From an uncultured Isosphaeraceae bacterium (GTDB lineage Bacteria; Planctomycetota; Phycisphaerae; Phycisphaerales; SM1A02), in NCBI GenBank assembly GCA_964614695.1, contig CAZTMB010000001.1, positions 1,858-65,857 of the forward strand: a stretch of 64,000 bases of DNA, in the 5' to 3' direction. A model generated the notes under the pieces. It was given only the letters and a program-made list of their open reading frames with translations. It was not told where the DNA came from and ran no database searches. How positions within the stretch are numbered: position 1 is the first letter of the stretch; each line of letters begins with the position of its first letter. Position numbers and translations under genes: made by a program. This document shows, piece after piece, positions 54,026 to 61,955 of the stretch.

Positions 54026-56230
54026 ATGCGGATCGATCACGTCGCATATCAGCGGGCCACCCGCATCGCCGGCATCGGCCTCCTGCTGCAGCTGGGCATC
54101 GGCCTGACGCTGCTCATCTACGGAACCGTCGCGGGCGACAGCACATTCACGATCGGCTCGGCCTACGCCCTCGCCGGCACGATCGTCTGGGCCACGCTCG
54201 CCCTGGTCTTCAACCAGCACCGGCTCGAGCGGCTCGAGGCGATGGAGTTCGAGGAGATCGAGGCGGCGGCCGCGTCCGGCACCACGATCTTCGAAGGCGA
54301 GGCGCGGGAGGCACGGGTCGCGGCGCGGCGGCTCGAACTCATGCACCGATGGCTGGTGCCGGCGGCAAGCCTGCTGCTCGCGGGCATCCTCGCGACGCTC
54401 GGCTGGCAGATCCTCGCGTGGTTCTCGCTGCAGGACGACCCCAACGCCGACATCTCGAACTTCTCCGTCGGCCAGGCGCTCGGCTGGCAGCTCGCGGTGG
54501 CGACGGGCCTGTCGCTCGCGGCATTCATCTTCTCGCGGTTCGTGGCGGGCATGTCGAAGCAGCCCGCGTGGCAGAACCTCCGCGGCGGCGCCGGCACGAT
54601 GGTCGGCAACGCCCTCATCAGCCTTGCGATCGCGATCGGCCTGGTCTTCCAGCTGCTGCAGAAGCCCACGGTGATCGAGCACATCGCCTACGGCTTCGCG
54701 ATCTTCCAGATCGCCGCCGCGGGTGAGATCGTCCTGAACCTCGTCCTGAATCTCTACCGCCCGCGACGCGTGGGCGAGGTGCCGCGGGCTGCGTTCGACT
54801 CCCGCGTCCTGAGCCTGCTCGCGGCGCCGGACTCGATCGCGCGGAGCGTCGGCGAGGCGATCAACTACCAGTTCGGCTTCGACATCGCGAGCTCGTGGGG
54901 CTATCGCCTGCTGCTCCGCAGCGTGGCCTGGCTGCTCGGGTTCGGGGCGGTCGTGCTGCTGCTGCTCTCGACGGTCGTCGTCGTCGAGCCGGGTCAGCAG
55001 GCGGTCATCCTCAAGCAGGGGCGGCTGCAGGCGGACGTGAAGCGGGACGGCGTGCTCTTCAAGTTGCCCTGGCCGTTCGAGCAGGCGGAACTGCACGACG
55101 TCGCGACGATCCGGGAGATCTCGCTCGGCGGCGTGGTGCCTCGACCGCGCGAGGTCAACCTGTGGGGGCAGTCCGAGGCGATCGATCCGGAACGGCGTCC
55201 CTTCATCGTCGGCGCGAGCGCCGAGGCCGCCGAGATGCAGTCGGCGCTCGAGATCCTCGACGGCGGTTCGTTCGGCGGCGGGACGCCGTCGGCCTCCGGC
55301 GGCCTGCTCGGAGGCGGCGGCTCGATCCTGGCCGCGGGCACGCCCACGCCGGCGCCCGACGCCGGCTCGGGCTCGGTCACCAACCAGTTCGCCCTCGTCG
55401 ATGCCGACGTGCTGCTTCGCTACCGCATCAAGCCCGACGGCCTGCTCGACTGGCTCGGGTTCTGCAACGACACGCGCACGAGGCGTTCCGTGCTCGACAT
55501 GCGGGAGCGGGCGCTGCGCGACCTCGCGGTGCGCGAAGTGACGCAGGCGCTCTCGACCCAGCCGCTCGATGCGGTGCTCTCGCCGCAGGGCGATTCGCTC
55601 TCGACCGAACTTGGACGTCGCATCCAGCGGACCTTCGACGAGCACTCGACGGGCGTCGAGGTCGTCTCGATCATGATTCCTCGGCTTCGCCCGCCGGGCG
55701 AGGAGTCGGCCCGCTTCGAGGAGTTCTCGATCGCGGTGCAGAACTCGCGGAAGATCGTGGAGCAGGCCCAGCAGACCGTGAACTCGACGATGGCGACCCT
55801 CGTGGGGGACGCCGGCCGCGCCGCCACGATCGTCGCTGCGATCGACGCGTTGCGCGATCTCGGGCGACGCGAAGGCACCGAGAGCGAGGCGTACCTGAAG
55901 GCGCAGGTCGAGGTCGAGCAGATGCTGCTCGACTCCCGCGCGATGACCGCGAGCGTGATCAGCACCGCGAGGGCGCGTCGATGGCAGCTGCACATGGAGG
56001 CCCGCCGCAAGGCCGAGGAGGTCCTCGGCGAGGCGCCGGCCTACTCCGTGGATCCCGAGCTCTACCGCCAACGGGCGCTCATGCGGGCGCTCGCCGAGGC
56101 GCTGCCCCGCGTTCGCGTGAAGTACGTGCTCTCGCCCGACCCCGAGCGGGTGCGTCTCGATCTCTCCATGCAGCAGCCCGACTCCGGACTCAACCTCGCC
56201 GACACGATCGGAGAGTCGCTCAATCCGTGA
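54026..56230 (+). CDS. polytopic membrane domain fused to an SPFH/Band-7 domain
   Basis: About 330 N-terminal residues with roughly six to seven TMs, then 'VVVVEPGQQAVILKQGRL...GVLFKLPWPFEQAELHDV' (SPFH start) and a long helical C-terminus. The track ORF starts at 53915; I chose the ATG at 54026. Confidence 0.7.
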   Translation: MRIDHVAYQRATRIAGIGLLLQLGIGLTLLIYGTVAGDSTFTIGSAYALAGTIVWATLALVFNQHRLERLEAMEFEEIEAAAASGTTIFEGEAREARVAARRLELMHRWLVPAASLLLAGILATLGWQILAWFSLQDDPNADISNFSVGQALGWQLAVATGLSLAAFIFSRFVAGMSKQPAWQNLRGGAGTMVGNALISLAIAIGLVFQLLQKPTVIEHIAYGFAIFQIAAAGEIVLNLVLNLYRPRRVGEVPRAAFDSRVLSLLAAPDSIARSVGEAINYQFGFDIASSWGYRLLLRSVAWLLGFGAVVLLLLSTVVVVEPGQQAVILKQGRLQADVKRDGVLFKLPWPFEQAELHDVATIREISLGGVVPRPREVNLWGQSEAIDPERRPFIVGASAEAAEMQSALEILDGGSFGGGTPSASGGLLGGGGSILAAGTPTPAPDAGSGSVTNQFALVDADVLLRYRIKPDGLLDWLGFCNDTRTRRSVLDMRERALRDLAVREVTQALSTQPLDAVLSPQGDSLSTELGRRIQRTFDEHSTGVEVVSIMIPRLRPPGEESARFEEFSIAVQNSRKIVEQAQQTVNSTMATLVGDAGRAATIVAAIDALRDLGRREGTESEAYLKAQVEVEQMLLDSRAMTASVISTARARRWQLHMEARRKAEEVLGEAPAYSVDPELYRQRALMRALAEALPRVRVKYVLSPDPERVRLDLSMQQPDSGLNLADTIGESLNP

Positions 56231-56281
56231 CCTCGCCTCGCGCCTGAACGCTTCCGACGACTCCCTCTCCCCACCGACGCC

Positions 56282-57217
56282 ATGAATCGAACCTTCGCGA
56301 TCCTCCTCGGCCTGCTGATCCTTGCGGTGCTGGTGCTCTTCAACACCACCTACACCGTCAACTTCCACGAACTCGCCGTGAAGACCCGCTTCGGCCGTCC
56401 CGCCGGCATCGTCGGCGAGGGACTGCACTTCAAGCTGCCGTTCTTCATGGAACGGGTGTCGAAGCTCGACACGCGTCTGCAGCTCGTCGAGAGCCCGCTC
56501 GAGACCGTGCTCACCCGCGACGGCCAGCAGGTCGTGGTGCAGGCGTTCATGCTGTGGAAGATCGACCCCGCCGAGGACGCGGTGATGCGCTTCTTCACGA
56601 GCTACGGCGGCACCGACGCGGCGAGCCGCGAGCTCGAGACGCGGCTGCAGGGCGCGGTGCGTCTCGTCGGCGGCTACGAGTTCAAGGATCTCGTCGGCGC
56701 CGACAGCCGGCTGCCCGCGATCGAGACCGCGATCCTCGCGGACCTGCAGGCGAACGCGGTCGCGGGCATCGATCCGGTCTCGGTCGGAATCAGCCGCGTG
56801 GTGCTGCCGCCCAAGACGACCGTCGCGGTGCTCAGCCGCATGGCCGAGGTGCAGAACACCCTCGTCAAGCTCGAGGACGCCCGAGGCGCGAGCGAGGCGG
56901 AGGCCCTGCGAAGCCAGGCCGCGGCGCAGGCCGACGCGATCCGGAGCTTCGCCGAACAGTGGGCCGCCCGCATCGAGGCGGTCGGCAACGAGGAGGCGAC
57001 GCGGTACTACCAGGAGATGAAGTCCGAGGCCGGCCTCGCGGTCTTCCTCTCGTGGCTCGACACGCTGAAGGCGGGACTGCGCGGCAGCACGACGTTCGTC
57101 ACCGACACCTCGCAGGCGCCGTTCCACCTGCTCGATCTCGGAGCCGCCACCGATGCGGGCGGGATCCCGCAGCCGAGCGGCGATCCGTCCAGCACCTCCA
57201 CGGGGGGCACTCCGTGA
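56282..57217 (+). CDS. SPFH/Band-7 protein (HflC-like)
   Basis: N-terminal TM 'FAILLGLLILAVLVLF' and 'VNFHELAVKTRFGRPAGIVGEGLHFKLPFFMERVSKLDTRLQ'. Confidence 0.8.
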   Translation: MNRTFAILLGLLILAVLVLFNTTYTVNFHELAVKTRFGRPAGIVGEGLHFKLPFFMERVSKLDTRLQLVESPLETVLTRDGQQVVVQAFMLWKIDPAEDAVMRFFTSYGGTDAASRELETRLQGAVRLVGGYEFKDLVGADSRLPAIETAILADLQANAVAGIDPVSVGISRVVLPPKTTVAVLSRMAEVQNTLVKLEDARGASEAEALRSQAAAQADAIRSFAEQWAARIEAVGNEEATRYYQEMKSEAGLAVFLSWLDTLKAGLRGSTTFVTDTSQAPFHLLDLGAATDAGGIPQPSGDPSSTSTGGTP

Positions 57218-58662
57218 GCGAGGAGCTCGACGATGGACTGAACTCCGGCGGCATGCCGAGCGAGGAGTTGCCGGCGGGCGAAGCGCCGCGTCGTGCCGCG
57301 AGCGCCGCATTCGAAGTCGCGACGGAGCCCGGCTCCGCGGCGTCGTTGCGCGATGCGATGGATCCGGCGAACCAGAGCCTCGGCGAAGCGCTGCGGCTCT
57401 CGTACCGCGTGCTGCAGCTGGGCATCCTTGCGCTCGTCGCGACCTTCCTGCTGTCCGGCTTCCAGACGGTGCAGGACGGATCCGCCGGCGTGAAGACGCT
57501 CTTCGGCGCGATCGTCGGCGAGCCCGGCGACGAGCAGCTCGCGCCGGGGCTCCATCCCTTCTGGCCCTATCCGGTCGGACAGATCGTGACGGTCGAACTG
57601 AAGCGCCCGGTCGAAGTCGGCGAGGCGTTCTGGCCTCGCTATCGCCGCGGCGAGAAGACTCTCGAAGAGGCGACCGACGGCGCCGACCTCACCAAGCACC
57701 TGCAGCCCGGCGAGGACGGTTCGCTGCTCACCGCCGACGGCGACCTCGCGCACCTGCAGATCCAGGCCGAGTACGTCGTCGAGGATCCGGTCAGCCTGCT
57801 TCGCACGATGCGTCCGGAGATGCTGCCGCAGGTCGTGGCGCTCGCGCTCGAGCGTGGCGCCGTCGCGGCGGTCTCCCGGCTCTCCCTCGAGGAGCTCACC
57901 GAACTTCGCGAGCAGCCGGCGCTGGCGATTCGCGACGATGCGCAGGCGGTGCTCGACGAGCTCGACTGCGGAGTGCGCCTCGCGTCGGTCACGCTGCCGG
58001 TCCGCATCGCGCCGCTCGCGGTGCGTCGCAACTTCGCCCAGGTTCAGACCAAGCGCGAAGAGGCCAAGACCGCCGTCGAGCGGGCGCGGCAGCAGGCCGC
58101 GACGACGCTCACCGCCGCGGCGGGGCAGTTCGCCTCCGGCGAGCTGATCCGACTGATCATCGAGTACGAGAACGCGCTCACGCTCGGCGACCAGGCGGTG
58201 GCCGACGAGGTGCTCGGCCGCATCGGCGAACGGTTTGCGCAGCGCGACGTCGGCGGCGAGGCCGCGATGATCGTCGCACGGGCCGAGGCGGCGATCTCCG
58301 CGAAGCGTTCGTCGCTCGCCAAGGAGGCGCGCCGCCTGCAGGGCCTGCTGCCGGCCTACCGCGAGAATCCCGAGCAGCTCGTCCGCCAGCTGTGGCTCGA
58401 CGCGGTCCGCACCGTGCTCGAGGACGGCGAGGCGGAGGTCTTCTCCGTGCCTGGCAACCTCGCCCTGGTCGACATGGCGATCGAGAGTTCGCCCGACGTC
58501 ATGCAGCTGCGCCGCCGCGCCGAACTCGAGCGCAAGAAGCGCGAAGCCGACGCCGCCGCGCTCACGCTGCAGCCGTTCCGCCTCGACACGCGAAACATCA
58601 TGATCAACCAGGCGGGCCGACGCCTCGAGCGCGACGCGAGCCGCGGCTTCGGCAACGAGTGA
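57214..58662 (+). CDS. SPFH/Band-7 protein (HflK-like) with long coiled-coil C-terminus
   Basis: GTG overlaps the upstream stop (GTGA). TM 'LQLGILALVATFLLSGF' and 'VQDGSAGVKTLFGAIVGEPGDEQLAPGLHPFWPYPVGQIV'. Confidence 0.75.
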   Translation: MSEELDDGLNSGGMPSEELPAGEAPRRAASAAFEVATEPGSAASLRDAMDPANQSLGEALRLSYRVLQLGILALVATFLLSGFQTVQDGSAGVKTLFGAIVGEPGDEQLAPGLHPFWPYPVGQIVTVELKRPVEVGEAFWPRYRRGEKTLEEATDGADLTKHLQPGEDGSLLTADGDLAHLQIQAEYVVEDPVSLLRTMRPEMLPQVVALALERGAVAAVSRLSLEELTELREQPALAIRDDAQAVLDELDCGVRLASVTLPVRIAPLAVRRNFAQVQTKREEAKTAVERARQQAATTLTAAAGQFASGELIRLIIEYENALTLGDQAVADEVLGRIGERFAQRDVGGEAAMIVARAEAAISAKRSSLAKEARRLQGLLPAYRENPEQLVRQLWLDAVRTVLEDGEAEVFSVPGNLALVDMAIESSPDVMQLRRRAELERKKREADAAALTLQPFRLDTRNIMINQAGRRLERDASRGFGNE

Positions 58663-58708
58663 TGCGGACCGCCCGATTCCCCCGACTTCCCCGCGGAGCA
58701 CGCGCGAC

Positions 58709-59914
58709 ATGGTGACCACGAACGAGAGCCAGACCCCCGTCGTCGAGGCGGCCGGGCTCGTCAAGGTCTTCAGCGACTTCTGGATGCGGGCGAAGGCTCG
58801 CGCCGTCGACGGCATCGACTTCTCGATCCGGCGCCACGAGATCTTCGGCCTGCTCGGGCCCAACGGCTCGGGCAAGAGCACGACGATCAAGCTGATCCTC
58901 GGCCTGCTCCGCAAGACCCGCGGCCGGCTGACCGTCTTCGGTCGCGACCCCTCGGACGTCTCGATCAAGCGGCGGATCGGATACCTGCCCGAGGAGTCGT
59001 ACATGTACCGCTTCCTCAACGCCCACGAGACGCTCGACTACTACGGGCGGATCTTCGGGCTCCGGGGCGCGGTGCGGAAGCGGCGCATCGAGGAGCTGCT
59101 CGAGATGGTCGGCCTCGGCGGCGCCGGGCATCGCCCGGTCGGCGAGTACTCCAAGGGCATGACGCGCCGCCTCGGCATCGCGCAGGCGCTGATCAACGAC
59201 CCGGAGTTCCTCATCCTCGACGAGCCGACCTCGGGCCTCGATCCGATCGGCACGCGGCAGGTGAAGGACCTGCTCGTCGATCTCAAGAAGCGCGGCAAGA
59301 CGATCCTGCTCTCGTCGCATCTTCTCGCCGACGTCGAGGACGTCTGCGACCGCATGGTGATCCTGTACGGAGGCCGGATCCGCGCCGCGGGCACCGGCGA
59401 GGAGCTGCTCCGCGACAGTTCGCACACGCTCATCCGAACGGGTCGCCTGCACGACTCGACGCTCGCGGAGATCGAACGCGTGCTCGCCACGAAGGAGGGC
59501 TTCGGCATCGACGGCGTTGAACTGCCGCGACAGAAGCTCGAGGAGTTCTTCCTGCAGATCGTCGAACGGGCTCGCGCCGAGCAGGCGGCGACCTCGGGCG
59601 CGGCGGCCGGCGGCCCGACCGCGAAGTTCCTCATGGGCGACGAGCCCTCCGAGGGCGAAGAGCTCATCGAAGGACTCGTGCGCGGCGAGCCGGCCATGCC
59701 GGCGGCGCCGGTCAAGGCCGTCAAGGCGGAGTCCGCGGCGCCGGCCAAGGAGTCGGTGCTCGAGGAGCTGCTGCAGGCGGAGCGTCCCGCGCCGTCGGCG
59801 AAGCCGGCGGCCAAGGCGCCCGAAGCGCCCAAGGGCGTCGACTCGTCGGTGATCGACGGACTGCTCGGCGGCGAGTCCTCCGACGGCGCGAGGAAGGGCG
59901 GCGATGGGGCGTAG
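58709..59914 (+). CDS. ABC transporter ATP-binding protein (ABC-2/NatA-GldA-like) with ~150-aa Ala/Pro/Lys/Glu-rich tail
   Basis: Walker A 'GPNGSGKSTT', signature 'YSKGMTRRLGIAQAL', Walker B 'LILDEPTSGLD' and 'LSSHLL'. Confidence 0.9.
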   Translation: MVTTNESQTPVVEAAGLVKVFSDFWMRAKARAVDGIDFSIRRHEIFGLLGPNGSGKSTTIKLILGLLRKTRGRLTVFGRDPSDVSIKRRIGYLPEESYMYRFLNAHETLDYYGRIFGLRGAVRKRRIEELLEMVGLGGAGHRPVGEYSKGMTRRLGIAQALINDPEFLILDEPTSGLDPIGTRQVKDLLVDLKKRGKTILLSSHLLADVEDVCDRMVILYGGRIRAAGTGEELLRDSSHTLIRTGRLHDSTLAEIERVLATKEGFGIDGVELPRQKLEEFFLQIVERARAEQAATSGAAAGGPTAKFLMGDEPSEGEELIEGLVRGEPAMPAAPVKAVKAESAAPAKESVLEELLQAERPAPSAKPAAKAPEAPKGVDSSVIDGLLGGESSDGARKGGDGA

Positions 59915-61955
59915 GCTGCGCGAGATCCTGCGTCGGCTCGATCGATGGCAGCACGGCCGAGGCGCGAAGATCGCGTGCTCGATCGCGATGCTTGTCCTCG
60001 TCGTCGCCGCGTTCTGGCCACTGCACCGGGAAGCCTCGCGACTCGACCGCCTCGAGGCGTCGATCGTCGAGCTCCTGAAGGATGCGAACCTCGCCGAACG
60101 GGACGCGGCGGCGGTCGAGCTCTACGAACAGGGCACCGTGACCGTCGACGGCACGACCTACGGCGACGGACGGTTCCGCGGCGTGGATCAGCTCTTCGAC
60201 GAAGCCGGCGCGCTGCTCGCGGCCGCGTCGGTCGGCGAGATCGTCGCGGCCGACGAGATCCCGGACTGGGCGCCGACGTTCCTGGTCCAGTCGCCCTCGG
60301 CGACGATCTCGTGGGCGATGCTCGTGCTCGCGTGGCTGTTCGTCGCGGTCTGGGCGGGGACGACGGTGCAACTGGTCCTCGCGGTGCTGGCCACGATCGT
60401 GCTGGCCGGCCCGTTCCTCCTCTTCGGCCGGGTCGGCGCGACCTTCGCGATCGGCGGCATGGGCCTGCTCGGATTCAGCTTCGTGCTGCTCGTGCGGCTC
60501 GTGATCGCCGGCGTCTCCGGCCTCGGCCAGCCTGGTGCGGTGGCCGCGACGGTCATCCGCGAGGCGGTGCGGCAGAAGGCCTTCGCAGGCTTCATCGTGG
60601 TGCTGCTCGTGGTGCTTCCGCTCATTCCGCTCTGGATCGACCCCACCACGCCGCTTCGCTACCAGCTGCAGGTCTTCATCGGCCGAAGCCTCGGCATCAC
60701 CTACGCCGTGGCGGCCTGCATGACGCTCGTGCTCGCGTGCGCCACGGTCGCCTTCGAGATCCGCGACCGGCAGATCCTGCAGCTGATGACCAAGCCGCTC
60801 GCGCGGAGCCGCTATCTGCTCGGCAAGTGGTCGGGCATCGTGCTCCTCGACGCGGTGCTGCTAGCGGTGTGCGGGCTCTCGATCTTCCTGTTCATCCAGT
60901 ACCTCAAGACCCGTCCCGCCGCCGACGCCTTCGACGCGCAGGCGGTGCGCGACGAGGTGCTCGTCGCCCGCGTGGGCATCGAGCCGCAGTACGACCTGCT
61001 GCCCCGGGCTCGGCTGCTCGAGATGATCGACGAGGCGATCGAGAACGACCCGATGCTGCGGGACGAGATCGCCCAGGGCGAGCGCGACGAGTACGAGGTG
61101 CGTCGCGAACTCTTCGCCGAGTATCAGAAGGAGAACCTCGCCGGACAGCGCTCGATCGCTCCCGGGGACGAGAAGATCTACCGCTTCCCGGGGCTCGACG
61201 CGGCGCGTCGGCTCGGGGCGAACCTCACGCTTCGCTACAAGTTCTACGCCGGTGAATCGGATCCTCACGTCCAGTACCCCGTGATCTTCCGATTCCCGGA
61301 GAACGGCACGTGGACGGATCGCCGCTACGTGCCGGCGCAGTCGATGGTGCTCGTGATCCCCGCGGACCTGATCGGCGAGGAGGGCGTCCTCGAGGTGGGC
61401 ATCGCCAATGCGGCGTTCAATCCGCAAGCCGCGCCGGGGACCGCCTCGGTCTTTCCCGCCGAGCACACCATCTTCTTCGATCCCGAAGGGCTCGAACTCC
61501 TCTATCCGGTCTCGACCTTCGAAGCGAACTTCCTGCGCGGCATGCTCGTCACGCTCGTCAAGCTCTCCTTCCTCGCGATGCTTGGCGTGGCGATGGCGTC
61601 GTTCCTGAGCTTCCCGGTCGCGTGCCTCGTGGGCTTCGCGGTGTTCCTCGCCGCCGAGGCGGGCCCGTTCCTCGCCCAGAGCATCAGCAGCTACCGCATC
61701 TACGAGGACGACGGTTCGGTCGATTGGGTGAAGCAGGGGATCCGCTCGATCGCGGTCGGCACCGAGTGGGTGCTGCGGGCGTTCGGCCAGACCCGGCCGA
61801 ACCCGGCGCTCGTCGAAGGGCGCGAGGTCTCGTGGGGCGACGTCTTCCGGAGCCTCGCCGTGATCGGCTTGGGTTGGTCGGCCGCGGTGCTTCTCGTCGC
61901 GATGCTCGTCTTCCGCCGGAAGGAGCTCGCCGTCTACAGCGGGCAGACCTCATGA
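59904..61955 (+). CDS. large ABC-2-type permease with N-terminal extension and ~230-aa extracytoplasmic insert
   Basis: Overlaps the ATPase gene by 11 nt. Has the permease core motif 'LMTKPLARSRYLLGKWSG', multiple TMs at both ends, and a soluble insert between 'FIQYLKTRPAAD' and 'FLRGMLVTLVKLSFL'. Confidence 0.7.
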   Translation: MGRRLREILRRLDRWQHGRGAKIACSIAMLVLVVAAFWPLHREASRLDRLEASIVELLKDANLAERDAAAVELYEQGTVTVDGTTYGDGRFRGVDQLFDEAGALLAAASVGEIVAADEIPDWAPTFLVQSPSATISWAMLVLAWLFVAVWAGTTVQLVLAVLATIVLAGPFLLFGRVGATFAIGGMGLLGFSFVLLVRLVIAGVSGLGQPGAVAATVIREAVRQKAFAGFIVVLLVVLPLIPLWIDPTTPLRYQLQVFIGRSLGITYAVAACMTLVLACATVAFEIRDRQILQLMTKPLARSRYLLGKWSGIVLLDAVLLAVCGLSIFLFIQYLKTRPAADAFDAQAVRDEVLVARVGIEPQYDLLPRARLLEMIDEAIENDPMLRDEIAQGERDEYEVRRELFAEYQKENLAGQRSIAPGDEKIYRFPGLDAARRLGANLTLRYKFYAGESDPHVQYPVIFRFPENGTWTDRRYVPAQSMVLVIPADLIGEEGVLEVGIANAAFNPQAAPGTASVFPAEHTIFFDPEGLELLYPVSTFEANFLRGMLVTLVKLSFLAMLGVAMASFLSFPVACLVGFAVFLAAEAGPFLAQSISSYRIYEDDGSVDWVKQGIRSIAVGTEWVLRAFGQTRPNPALVEGREVSWGDVFRSLAVIGLGWSAAVLLVAMLVFRRKELAVYSGQTS

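Noticed and set aside
53804-57310. 1168-aa minus-strand ORF opposite the SPFH genes, and similarly 46650..49499 (949 aa) opposite cmk, plsC and cca
   Set aside because: These are shadow frames of well-supported plus-strand genes, with no motifs and Arg/Asp/Glu/Leu-rich composition.
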